Program-made: the position numbers and the translations under genes
Notes under the pieces: model-generated
Told to the model about the DNA's origin: nothing
Seen by the model: only the letters and a program-made list of their open reading frames with translations
Database searches by the model: none
From: Eledone cirrhosa
Lineage: Eukaryota
Reading direction: 5' to 3'
NCBI GenBank assembly: GCA_964016885.1
Contig: OZ024740.1
Location: forward strand, 3,968,001-4,032,000
DNA: 64,000 nucleotides
In this document: positions 49,701 through 62,329 of the stretch, one piece after another
How the letters are laid out: each line of letters starts with the position of its first letter
How positions within the stretch are numbered: position 1 is the first letter of the stretch

Positions 49701-52700
49701 ATCCACTGGGTGAGAGAAAGGAAGTTATCCACTGGGTAAGAGAAAGGAAGTTATCCACTGGGTGAGAGAAAGGAGGTTATCTACTGGGTTAGAGAAAGGA
49801 AGTGTTCCACTGGGTGAGAGAAAGGAAGTTATCCAGCAAGAGAAAGGAAGTTATCCACTGGGTGAGAGAAAGGAAGTTATCTACTGGGTGAGAGAAAGGA
49901 AGTTATCCACTGGGTGAGAGAAAGGAAGTTATCTACTGGGTGAGAGAAAGGAAGTTATCCACTGGGTGAGAGAAAGGAAGTTATCTACTTGGTTAGAGAA
50001 AGGAAGTTATCCACTGGGTGAGAGAAAGGAGCTTATCTACTGGGTGAGGTAAAGGAAGTTATCTACTGGGTGAGAGAAAGGAAGTTATCCACTGGGTGAG
50101 AGAATGGAAGTTATCCACTGGGTGAGAGAAAGGAAGTTATCCAGCAAGAGAAAGGAAGTTATCCACTGGGTGAGAGAAAGGAAGTTATCCACTGGGTGAG
50201 AGAAAGGAAGTTAACCACTGGGTGAGAGAAAGGAAGTTATCCACTGGGTGAGAGAAAGGAAGTTATCCACTGGGTGAGAGAGAGGAAGTTATCCAGCAGG
50301 AGAAAGGAAGTTATCCACTGGGTGAGAGAAAGGAAGTTATTCACTGGGTGAGAGAAAGGAAGTTATCCACTGGGTGAGAGAGAGGAAGTTATCCACTGGG
50401 TGAGAGAAAGGAAGTTATCCAGCAAGAGAAAGGAAGTTATCCACTGGGTGAGAGAATGGAAGTTATCCACTGGGTGAGAGAGAGGAAGTTATCCACTGGG
50501 TGAGAGAAAGGAAGTTATCCACTGGGTGAGAGAGATGAAGTTATCCACTGGGTGAGAGAAAGGAAGTTATCCAGCAGGAGAAAGGAAGTTATCCACTGGG
50601 TGAGAGAAAGGAAGTTATCCAGAAAGAGAAAGGAAGTTAACCACTAGGTGAGAGAAAGGAAGTTAACCACTGGGTGTGAGAAAGGAAGTTATCCAGCAGG
50701 AGAAAGGAAGTTAACCACTGGGTGAGAGAAAGGAAGTTATCCAGCAGGAGAAAGGAAGTTAACCACTGGGTGAGAGAAAGGAAGTTAACCACTGGGTATG
50801 AGAAAGGAAGTTATCCACTGGGTGAGAGAAAGGAAGTTATCCACTGGGTGAGAGAAAGGATGTTATCCACTGGGTGAGAGAGAGGAAGTTATCCACTGGG
50901 TGAGAGAAAGGAAGTTATCCACTGGGTGAGAGAAAGGAAGTTATCCACTGGGTGATAGAAAGGAAGTTATCTACTGGGTGAGAGAAAGGAAGTTATCCAC
51001 TGGGTGAGAGAAAGGAAGTTATCCACTGGGTGAGAGAAAGGAAGTCATCCAGCAAGAGAAAGGAAGTTATCCACTGTGTGAGAGAAAGGAAGTTATCCAC
51101 TGGGTGAGAGAAAGGAAGTCATCCAGCAAGAGAAAGGAAGTTATCCACTGGGTGAGAGAAAGGAAGTTATCCACTGGGTGAGAGAAAGGAAGTCATCCAG
51201 CAAGAGAAAGGAAGTTATCCACTGGGTGAGAGAAAGGAAGTTATCTACTGGGTGAGAGAAAGGAAGTTATCCACTGGGTGATAGAAAGGAATTTATCTAC
51301 TGGGTGAGAGAAAGGAAGTCATCCAGCAAGAGAAAAGAAGTTATCTACTGGGTGAGAGAAAGGAAGTCATCCAGCAAGAGAAAGGAAGTTATCTACTGGG
51401 TGAGATAAAGGAAGTCATCCAGCAAGAGAAAGGAAGTTATACACTGGGTGAGAGAAAGGAAGTTATCTACTGGGGGAGAGAAAGGAAGTTATCTACTGGG
51501 TGAGAGAAAGGAAGTTATCAACTGGGTGAGAGAAAGGAAGTTATCCACTGGGTGAGAGAAAGGAAGTTGTCCACTGGGTGAGAGAAAGGAAGTCATCCAC
51601 TGGGTGAGAGAGAGAAAGTTATCCAGCAGGAGAAAGGAAGTTATCCACTGGGTGAGAGAGAGGAAGTTATCAAGCAGGAGAAAGGAAGTTATCCAGCAGG
51701 AGAAAGGAAGTTATCCACTGGGTGAGAGAAAGGAAGTTATTCACTGGGTGAGAGAATGGAAGTTATCCACTGGGTGAGAGAGAGGAAGTTATCCACTGGG
51801 TGAGAGAAAGGAATTTATCCAGCAAGAGAAAGGAAGTTATCCACTGGGTGAGAGAAAGGAAGTTATCCAGCAAGAGAAAGGAAGTTATCCACTGGGTGAG
51901 AGAAAGGAATTTATCCAGCAAGAGAAAGGAAGTTATCCACTGGGTGAGAGAGAGGAAGTTATCCAGCAGGAGAAAGGAAGTTATCCACTGGGTGAGAGAA
52001 AGGAAGTTATTCACTGGGTGAGAGAAAGGAAGTTATCCACTGGGTGAGAGAGAGGAAGTTATCCACTGGGTGAGAGAAAGGAAGTTATCCAGCAAGAGAA
52101 AGGAAGTTATCCACTGGGTGAGAGAATGGAAGTTATCCACTGGGTGAGAGAGAGGAAGTTATCCACTGGGTGAGAGAAAGGAAGTTATCCACTGGGTGAG
52201 AGAGAGGATGTTATCCACTGGGTGAGAGAAAGGAAGTTATCCAGCAGGAGAAAGGAAGTTATCCACTGGGTGAGAGAAAGGAAGTTATCCAGCAAGAGAA
52301 AGGAAGTTAACCACTGGGTGAGAGAAAGGAAGTTAACCACTGGGTGTGAGAAAGGAAGTTATCCAGCAGGAGAAAGGAAGTTAACCACTGGGTAAGAGAA
52401 AGGAAGTTATCCAGCAGGAGAAAGGAAGTTAACCACTGGGTGAGAGAAAGGAAGTTAACCACTGGGTATGAGAAAGGAAGTTATCCACTGGGTGAGAGAA
52501 TGGAAGTTATCCACTGGGTGAGAGAAAGGAAGTTATCCACTGGGTGAGAGAAAGGAGGTTATCTACTGGGTGAGAGAAAGGAAGTTATCCACTGGGTGAG
52601 AGAAAGGAAGTTATCCACTGGGTGAGAGAAAGGAAGTTATCCACTGGGTTAGAGAAAGGAAGTTAACCACTAGGTGAGAGAAAGGAGGTTATCTACTGGG

Positions 52701-55700
52701 TGAGAGAAAGGAAGTTATCCACTGGGTGAGAGAAAGGAAGTTATCCACTGGGTGAGAGAAAGGAGGTTATCTACTGGGTGAGAGAAAGGAAGTTATCCAC
52801 TGGGTGAGAGAAAGGAAGTTATCTACTGGGTGAGAGAAAGGAGGTTATCCACTGGGTGAGAGAAAGGAAGTTATCCACTGGGTGAGAGAAAGGAAGTTAT
52901 CCACTGGGTGAGAGAAAGGAGGTTATCTACTGGGTGAGAGAAAGGAAGTTATCCACTGGGTGAGAGAAAGGAAGTTATCTACTGGGTGAGAGAAAGGAGG
53001 TTATCCACTGGGTGAGAGAAAGGAAGTTATCCAGCAAGAGAAAGGAAGTTATCCACTGGGTGAGAGAATGGAAGTTATCCACTGGGTGAGAGAAAGGAAG
53101 TTATCCACTGGGTGAGAGAAAGGAGGTTATCTACTTGGTGAGAGAAAGGAAGTTATCCACTGGGTTAGAGAAAGGAAGTTAACCACTAGGTGAGAGAAAT
53201 GAAGTTATCCACTGGGTGAGAGAAAGGAGGTTATCTACTGGGTGAGAGAAAAGAAGTTATCCACTGGGTGAGAGAAAGGAAGTTATCCAGCAAGAGAAAG
53301 GAAGTTATCCAATGGGTGAGAGAAAGGAAGTTAACCACTGGGTGAGAGAAACGAAGTTATCCACTGGGTAAGAGAAAGGAGGTTATCTACTCGGTGAGAA
53401 AAAGGAAGTTATCCACTGGGTGAGAGAAAGGAAGTTATCCACTGGGTGAGAGAAAGGAAGTTATCCACTGGGTGAGAGAAAGGAGGTTATCTACTGGGTG
53501 AGAGAAAGGAAGTGTTCCACTGGGTGAGAGAAAGGAAGTTATCCAGCAAGAGAAAGGAAGTTATCCACTGGGTGAGAGAAAGGAAGTTATCTACTGGGTG
53601 AGAGAAAGGAAGTGATCCACTGGGTGAGAGAAAGGAGGTTATCTACTGGGTGAGAGAAAGGAAGTTATCCACTGGGTGAGAGAAAGGAAGTTATCCACTG
53701 GGTGAGAGAAAGGAAGTTATCTACTGGGTGAGAGAAAGGAAGTTATCCACTGGGTGAGAGAAAGGAAGTTATCTACTTGGTGAGAGAAAGGAAGTTATCC
53801 ACTGGGTGAGAGAAAGGAGGTTATCTACTGGGTGAGATAAAGGAAGTTATCTACTGGGTGAGAGAAAGGAAGTTATCCACTGGGTGAGAGAATGGAAGTT
53901 ATCCACTGGGTGAGAGAAAGGAAGTTATCCAGCAAGAGAAAGGAAGTTATCCACTGGGTGAGAGAAAGGAAGTTATCCACTGGGTGAGAGAAAGGAAGTT
54001 AACCACTGGTTGAGAGAAAGGAAGTTATCCACTGGGTGAGAGAAAGGAAGTTATCCAGCAAGAGAAAGGAAGCTAACCACTGGGTGAGAGAAAGGAAGTT
54101 AACCACTGGGTGAGAGAGAGGAAGTTATCCAGCAGGAGAAAGGAAGTTATCCACTATGTGAGAGAAAGGAAGTTATCTACTTGGTGAGAGAAAGGAAGTT
54201 ATCCACTGGGTGAGAGAAAGGAGGTTATCTACTGGGTGAGATAAAGGAAGTTATCTACTGGGTGAGAGAATGGAAGTTATCCACTGGGTGAGAGAAAGGA
54301 AGTTATCCACTGGGTGAGAGAATGGAAGTTATCCACTGGGTGAGAGAAAGGAAGTTATCCAGCAAGAGAAAGGAAGTTATCCACTGGGTGAGAGAAAGGA
54401 AGTTATCCACTGGGTGAGAGAAAGGAGGTTATCTACTGGGTGAGAGAAAAGAAGTTATCCACTGGGTGACAGAAAGGAAGTTATCCACTGGGTGAGAGAA
54501 AGGAGGTTATCTACTGGGTGAGAGAAAGGAAGTTATCCACTGGGTGAGAGAAAGGAAGTTAACCACTGGGTGACAGAAAGGAAGTTATCCACTGGGTGAG
54601 AGAAAGGAGGTTATCTACTGGGTGAGAGAAAAGAAGTTATCCACTGGGTGAGAGAAAGGAAGTTATCCAGCAAGAGAAAGGAAGTTATCCAATGGGTGAG
54701 AGAAAGGAAGTTAACCACTGGGTGAGAGAAACGAAGTTATCCACTGGGTGAGAGAAAGGAGGTTATCTACTCGGTGAGAAAAAGGAAGTTATCCACTGGG
54801 TGAGAGAAAGGAAGTTATCCACTGGGTAAGAGAAAGGAAGTTATCCACTGGGTGAGAGAAAGGAGGTTATCTACTGGGTGAGAGAAAGGAAGTGTTCCAC
54901 TGGGTGAGAGAAAGGAAGTTATCCAGCAAGAGAAAGGAAGTTATCCACTGGGTGAGAGAAAGGAAGTTATCTACTGGGTGAGAGAAAGGAAGTTATCCAC
55001 TGGGTGAGAGAAAGGAGGTTATCTACTGGGTGAGAGAAAGGAAGTTATCCACTGGGTGAGAGAAAGGAAGTTATCTACTGGGTGAGAGAAAGGAAGTTAT
55101 CCACTGGGTGAGAGAAAGGAAGTTATCTACTTGGTGAGAGAAAGGAAGTTATCCAGCAAGAGAAAGGAAGTTATCCACTGGGTGAGAGAAAGGAAGTTAT
55201 CCACTGGGTGAGAGAAAGGAAGTTAACCACTGGGTGAGAGAAAGGAAGTCATCCACTGGGTGAGAGAAAGGAAGTTATCCAGCAAAAGAAAGGAAGTTAA
55301 ACACTGAGTGAGAGAAAGGAAGTTAACCACTGGGTGAGGGAGAGGAAGTTATCCAGCAGGAGAAAGGAAGTTATCCACTGGGTGAGAGAGAGGAAGTTAT
55401 CTAGCAGGAAAAAGGAACTTATCCACTGGGTGAGAGAAAGGAAGTTATCCACTGGGTGAGAGAGAGGAAGTTATCCAGCAGGAGAAAGGAAGTTATCCAC
55501 TGGGTGAGAGAAAGGAAGTTATTCCCTGGGTGTGAGAAAGGAAGTTATCCACTGGGTGAGAGAGAGGAAGTTATCCACTGGGTGAGAGAAAGGAAGTTAT
55601 CCAGCAAGAGAAAGGAAGTTATCCACTGGGTGGGAGAATGGAAGTTATCCACTGGGTGAGAGAGAGGAAGTTATCCACTGGGTGAGAGAAAGGAAGTTAT

Positions 55701-58700
55701 CCACTGGGTGAGAGAGAGGAAGTTATCCACTGGGTGAGAGAAAGGAAGTTATCCAGCAGGAGAAAGGAAGTTATCCACTGGGTGAGAGAAAGGAAGTTAA
55801 CCACTGGGTGAGAGAAAGGAAGTTAACCACTGGGTGTGAGAAAGGAAGTTATCCAGCAGGAGAAAGGAAGTTAACCACTGGGTGAGAGAAAGGAAGTTAT
55901 CCAGCAGGAGAAAGGAAGTTAACCACTGGGTGAGAGAAAGGAAGTTATCCACTGGGTGAGAGAAAGGAAGTTATCTACTGGGTGAGAGAAAGGAAGTTAT
56001 CCACTGGGTGAGAGAAAGGAAGTTATCCACTGGGTGAGAGAAAGGAAGTTAACCACTGGGTGTGAGAAAGGAAGTTATCCACTGGGTGAGAGAAAGGAAG
56101 TTATCCACTGGGTGAGAGAAAGGAAGTTATCCACTGGGTGAGAGAAAGGAAGTTATCCACTGGGTGAGAGAAAGGAAGTTATCCACTGGGTGATAGAAAG
56201 GAAGTTATCTACTGGGTGAGAGAAAGGAAGTTATCCACTGGGTGAGAGAAAGGAGGTTATCTACTGGGTGAGATAAAGGAAGTTATCTACTGGGTGAGAG
56301 AAAGGAAGTTATCCACTGGGTGAGAGAATGGAAGTTATCCACTGGGTGAGAGAAAGGAAGTTATCCAGCAAGAGAAAGGAAGTTATCCACTGGGTGAGAG
56401 AAAGGAAGTTATCCACTGGGTGAGAGAAAGGAAGTTAACCACTGGGTGAGAGAAAGGAAGTTATCCACTGGGTGAGAGAAAGAAAGTTATCCAGCAAGAG
56501 AAAGGAAGTTAACCACTGGATGAGAGAAATGAAGTTAACCACTGGGTGAGAGAGAGGAAGTTATCCAGCAGGAGAAAGGAAGTTATCCACTGGGTGAGAG
56601 AAAGGAAGTTATCTACTTGGTGAGAGAAAGGAAGTTATCCACTGGGTGAGAGAAAGGAGGTTATCTACTGGGTGAGATAAAGGAAGTTATCTACTGGGTG
56701 AGAGAATGGAAGTTATCCACTGGGTGAGAGAAAGGAAGTAATCCACTGGGTGAGAGAATGGAAGTTATCCACTGGGTGAGAGAAAGGAAGTTATCCAGCA
56801 AGAGAAAGGAAGTTATCCACTGGGTGAGAGAAAGGAAGTTATCCACTGGGTGAGAGAAAGGAGGTTATCTACTGGGTGAGAGAAAAGAAGTTATCCACTG
56901 GGTGACAGAAAGGAAGTTATCCACTGGGTGAGAGAAAGGAAGTTATGCACTCGGTGAGAGAAAGGAGGTTATCTACTGGGTGAGAGAAAGGAAGTTATCC
57001 ACTGGGTGAGAGAAAGGAAGTTATCCAGCAAGAGAAAGGAAGTTAACTACTGGGTGAGAGAAAGGAAGTTATCTACTGTGTGAGAGAAAGGAAGTTAACC
57101 ACTGGGTGAGAGAAAGGAAGTTAACCACTGGGTGAGAGAAAGAAAGTTACCCACTGGGTGAGAGAAAGGAAGTTATGCACTGGGTGAGAGAAAGTAGTTA
57201 TCCAGCAAGAGAAAGCAAGTTAACCACTGGGTGAGAGAAAGGAAGTTATCTACTGGGTGAGAGAAAGTAAGTTATCTACTGGGTGAGAGAAAGGAAGTTA
57301 TCCACTGTGTGTGAGAAAGGAAGTTATCCACTGGGTGAGAGAAAGGAAGTTATCTACTGGGTGAGAGGAAGGAAGTTATCTACTGGGTGAGAGAAAGGAA
57401 GTTATCCACTGGGTGAGAGAAAGGAAGTTATCTACTGGGTGAGAGAAAGGAAGTTATCCACTGGGTGAGAGAAAGGAAGTTATCCACTGGGTGAGAGAAA
57501 GGAAGTTATCCAGCAAGAGAAAGGAAATTAACCACTGGGTGAGAGAAAGGAAGTTATCTACTGGGTGAGAGAAAGGAAGTTATCTACTGGGTGAGAGAAA
57601 GGAAGTTATCTACTGGGTGAGAGAAAGGAAGTTATCTACTGGGTGAGAGAAAGGACGTTATCCACTGGGTAAGAGAAAGGAAGTTATCCACTGGGTGAGA
57701 GAAAGGAAGTTATCTACTGGGTGAGAGAAAGGAAGTTATCCACTGGGTGAGAGAAAGGAAGTTATCTACTGGGTGAGAGAAAGGAAGTTAACCACTGGCT
57801 GAGAGAAAGGAAGTTATCCACTGGGTGAGAGAAAGGAAGTTATCCACTGGGTTAGAGAAAGGAAGTTATCCACTGGGTGAGAGAAAGGAAGTTATCTACT
57901 GGGTGAGAGAAAGGAAGTTATCCACTGGGTGAGAGAAAGGAAGTTATCCAGCAAGAGAAAGGAAGTTAACCACTGGGTGAGAGAAAGGAAGTTATCCACT
58001 GGGTGAGAGAAAGGAAGTTATCTACTGGGTGAGAGAAAGGAAGTTATCCACTGGGTGAGAGAAAGGAAGTTATCTACTGGGTGAGAGAAAGGAAGTTATC
58101 CATTGGGTGAGAGAAAGGAAGTTATCTACTGGGTGAGAGAAAGGAAGTTAACCACTGGGTGAGAGAAAGGAAGTTATCCACTGGGTGAGCGAAAGGAAGT
58201 TATCCACTGGGTGAGAGAAAGGAAGTTATCCACTGGGTGAGAGAAAGGAAGTTATCCAGCAAGAGAAAGGAAGTTAACCACTGGGTGAGAGAAAGGAAGT
58301 TATCCACTGGGTGAGAGAAAGGAAGTTATCCACTGGGTGAGAGAAAGGAAGTTATCCACTGGGTGAGAGAAAGGAAGTTATCCACTGGGTGAGAGAAAGG
58401 AAGTTAACCACTGGGTGAGAGAAGGAAGTTATCCACTGGGTGAGAGAAAGGAAGTTAACCACTGGGTGAGAGAAAGAAAGTTATCCACTGGGTGAGAGAA
58501 AGGAAGTTATCCAGCAAGAGAAAGGAAATTATCCACTGGGTGAGAGAAAGGAAGTTATCCACTGGGTGAGAGAAAGGAAGTTATCCACTGGGTGAGAGAA
58601 AGAAAGTTATCCACTGGGTGAGAGAAAGGAAGTTATCCACTGGGTGAGAGAAAGGAAGTTATCCACTGGGTGAGAGAAAGGAAGTTATCCACTGGGTGAG

Positions 58701-60867
58701 AGAAAGGAAGTTATCCACTGGGTGAGAGAAAGAAAGTTATCCACTGGGTGAGAGAAAGGAAGCTATCCACTGGGTGAGAGAAAGGAAGTTATCCACTGGG
58801 TGAGAGAAAGGAAGTTAACCACTGGGTGAGAGAAAGGAAGTTATCCACTGGGTGAGAGAAAGGAAGTTATCCAGCAAGAGAAAGGAAGTTAACCACTGCG
58901 TGCGAGAAAGGAAGTTATCCAGCAGGAGAAAGGAAGTTAACCACTGGGTTAGAGAAAGGAAGTTATCCACTGGGTGAGAGAAAGGAAGTTATCTACTGGG
59001 TGAGAGAAAGGAAATTATCTACTGGGTGAGAGAAAGGAAGTTATCCACTGGGTGAGAGAAAGGACGTTATCCACTGGGTGAGAGAAAGGAAGTTATCTAC
59101 TGGGTGAGAGAAAGGAAGTTATCCAGCAAGAGAAAGGAAGTTATCTACTGGGTGAGAAAAAGGAAGTTATCCACTGGTTGAGGGAAAGGAAGTTATCCAC
59201 TGGGTGAGAGAAAGGAAGTTATCTACTGGGTGAGAGAAAGGAAGTTAACCACTGGGTGAGAGAAAGGAAGTTATCCACTGGGTGAGAGAAAGGAAGTTAT
59301 CTACTGGGTGAGAGAAAGGAAGTTATCTACTGGGTGAGAGAAAGGAAGTTATCCACTGGGTGAGAGAAAGGAAGTGATCCACTGGGTGAGAGAAAGGAAG
59401 TTATCCAGCAAGAGAAAGGAATTTAACCACTGCGTGCGAGAAAGGAAGTTATCCAGCAGGAGAAAGGAAGTTAACCACTGGGTTAGAGAAAGGAAGTTAT
59501 CTACTGGGTGAGAGAAAGGAAATTATCTACTGGGTGAGAGAAAGGAAGTTATCCACTGGGTGAGAGAAAGGAAGTTATCCACTGGGTGAGAGAAAGGAAG
59601 TTATCTACTGGGTGAGAGAAAGGAAGTTATCCAGCAAGAGAAAGGAAGTTATCTACTGGGTGAGAAAAAGGAAGTTATCCACTGGTTGAGAGAAAGGAAG
59701 TTATCCACTGGGTGAGAGAAAGGAAGTTATCTACTGGGTGAGAGAAAGGAAGTTATCCAGCAAGAGAAAGGAAGTTATCTACTGGGTGAGAAAAAGGAAG
59801 TTATCCACTGGGTGAGAGAAAGGAAGTTATCTACTGGGTGAGAGAAAGGAAGTTATCCAGCAAGAGAAAGGAAGTTATCTACTGGGTGAGAAAAAGGAAG
59901 TTATCCACTGGTTGAGAGAAAGGAAGTTATCCACTGGGTGAGAGAAAGGAAGTTATCTACTGGGTGAGAGAAAGGAAGTTATCCAGCAAGAGAAAGGAAG
60001 TTATCCACTGGGTGAGAGAAAGGAAGTTATCCACTGGGTGAGAGAAAGGAAGTTATCTACTGGGTGAGAGACAGAAAGTTATCCACTGGGTGAGAGAAAG
60101 GAAGTTATCCACTGGGTGAGAGACAGAAAGTTATCCACTGGGTGAGAGAAAGGAAGTTATCCACTGGGTGAGAGAAACGAAGCTATCTACTGGGTGAGAG
60201 AAAGGAAGTTATCCACTGGGTGAGAGAAAGGAAGTTATCTACTGGGTGAGAGAAAGGAAGCTATCCACTGGGTGAGAGAAAGGAAGTTATCCACTGGGTG
60301 AGAGAAAGGAAGTTATCTACTGTGTGAGAGAAAGGAAGTTATCCACTGGGTGAGAGAAAGGAAGTTATCCACTGGGTGAGAGAAAGGAAGCTATCCACTG
60401 GGTGAGAGAAAGGAAGTTATCCACTGGGTGAGAGAAAGGAAGTTATCCACTGGGTGAGAGAAAGGAAGTTATCCACTGGGTGAGAGAAAGGAAGTTATAC
60501 ACTGGGTGAGAGAAAGAAAGTTATCCACTGGGTGAGAGAAAGGAAGTTATCCACTGGGTGAGAGAAAGGAAGTTATCCACTGGGTGAGAGAAAGAAAGTT
60601 ATCCACTGGGTGAGAGAAAGGAAGTTATCCACTGGGTGAGAGAAAGGAAGTTATCCACTGGGTGAGAGAAAGGAAGTTATACACTGGGTGAGAGAAAGAA
60701 AGTTATCCACTGGGTGAGAGAAAGGAAGTTATCCACTGGGTGAGAGAAAGGAAGTTATCCACTGGGTGAGAGAAAGGAAGTTATCCACTGGGTGAGAGAA
60801 AGAAAGTTATCCACTGGGTGAGAGAAAGGAAGTTATCCACTGGGTGAGAGAAAGGAAGTTATCCACT
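28787..60867. repeat. ~32-kb satellite of 26-bp (ctgggtgagagaaaggaagttatcca) and interspersed 22-bp (gcaagagaaaggaagttatcca) monomers, roughly 1250 units
   Basis: Period 26 (28801, 28827, 28853); purine-rich plus strand; no interrupting insertion noticed; multi-kb internal duplications. Confidence 0.98.
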
Positions 60868-61163
60868 AACAGAAGACCAGGTTCGAATTCTCACAACAAA
60901 ATTATCTCTTGTTAAAGACACCAAAAATGTTGTCTCTGAACTGAGAAGAGAGCTTCTTGTTTTACTACTCTTAAGGACAAATGTACTGAAGGAATGCAAT
61001 TTAGCCGATCATTAAAATAAGATTAGAATCAATTTAATGCGATTTAATCTTTTAAAGAAATATTTGTCAACAAGAGATAAATAAATGAAAAAGTAAAAAT
61101 CAAAATCATATTATCGTGGTTGTAGTAGCAGTGGTAGGGAAAATATGTATTAAATCTTAATAT

Positions 61164-61315
61164 GTGGTGGTGGTAGTAGTGGTGGTGGTAGTGGTGGTGG
61201 TAGTAGTGGTGGTGGTGGTATGGTGGTGGTTGTGGTGGTGGTATGGTGGTGGTTGTGGTGGGAATGGTGGTTGTGGTTGTGGTTGTGGTTGTCGATGTGG
61301 TGGTGGTTGTGGTGG
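61164..61315. repeat. (GGT/AGT/TGT)n imperfect microsatellite
   Basis: Directly visible. Confidence 0.94.
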
Positions 61316-61967
61316 AATTCTCTCTCTTTATGCTCATTCTATTCCCACAGGAGTCATCTTGCAACATGTTAAACACAACATCAATGGCACCAATGTTTTT
61401 GGTCTTGGAGGGCCAATGAAGGCCATGGGCACTGCATTTTCCACCTCGCACTAACGACTACACTCAGTGTTTCCCATCCACCTTAGAAATTCCTCCCTCT
61501 GGAATTCTGTCCCTCTACAAGAGTGGACCCGCAGCTAGGATTATTAAACATAAACAGCATATATCTCATTAATCTTGGACAGCTAGCCTTCAGCATAGCC
61601 CCTTCCTTCAGACATAGTAAAAGAAATAAAAATCTCTTTTGTGAACAAATTAAGATGGTGGGAAAAAAATTGCAATAGAAGAAATGTTTAATTAATTAGA
61701 TAGCAGAACCATGTGACATATTAGATGGTGACAACAGCAAGAATCTCATCAATCTTAAAAAGCCTGTGAAGGGCCTTGGGCACTACACTTTTCCTCTAGG
61801 CCTAGAGCACTGTCACCCATCAAAACATCCAAGTTATTTTGTGAACGAAACTGGAATTAGGGAAGATATTTTGTGGGTAATTAAAAAGCAATGCCACATC
61901 ATGTCTTGGAATGGTGAGAGTCACATGACCACTGCTGCAGGGAATAATGGGTGAAGTTAGGAACATT

Positions 61968-62005
61968 AACAACAACAACAATAACAACAACAGCGACAAC
62001 AACAA

Positions 62006-62036
<31 letters not shown>

Positions 62037-62072
62037 AGCAACAACAAAAACACCAGCACAAACAACAACAAA
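61968..62072. repeat. (AAC)n imperfect microsatellite
   Basis: Directly visible. Confidence 0.94.
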
Positions 62073-62329
62073 TCCATAAATATATGGTAAATAAATAACA
62101 CCCCTCCCCGAAACTAATTAGTATTTTCTCGTTATATCAATTGAAGTCAGTAAAACGAAGCAATTAAAAAATTTCGAATTAATCAAAGGAAGGAAATTGG
62201 AGAAGAAATGAAATATTTGCTTAATTAGAGTCAATGACACTAATGTTGGATATTGAGTTCTTTCTCAAGAATACAGTGCTACATATAATACTACAGCCAC
62301 TACTACAGCCACTACTACTACCTCACTAA

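Noticed and set aside
28787-60867. DnaA-box-like TTATCCAC repeats (origin or iterons)
   Set aside because: The sequence is TTATCCACT rather than TTATCCACA, and the context is eukaryotic satellite among LINEs and SINEs.
60878-60895. GGTTCGAATTC B-box as a tRNA gene at the array edge
   Set aside because: No cloverleaf or A-box seen; at most a SINE-head remnant.
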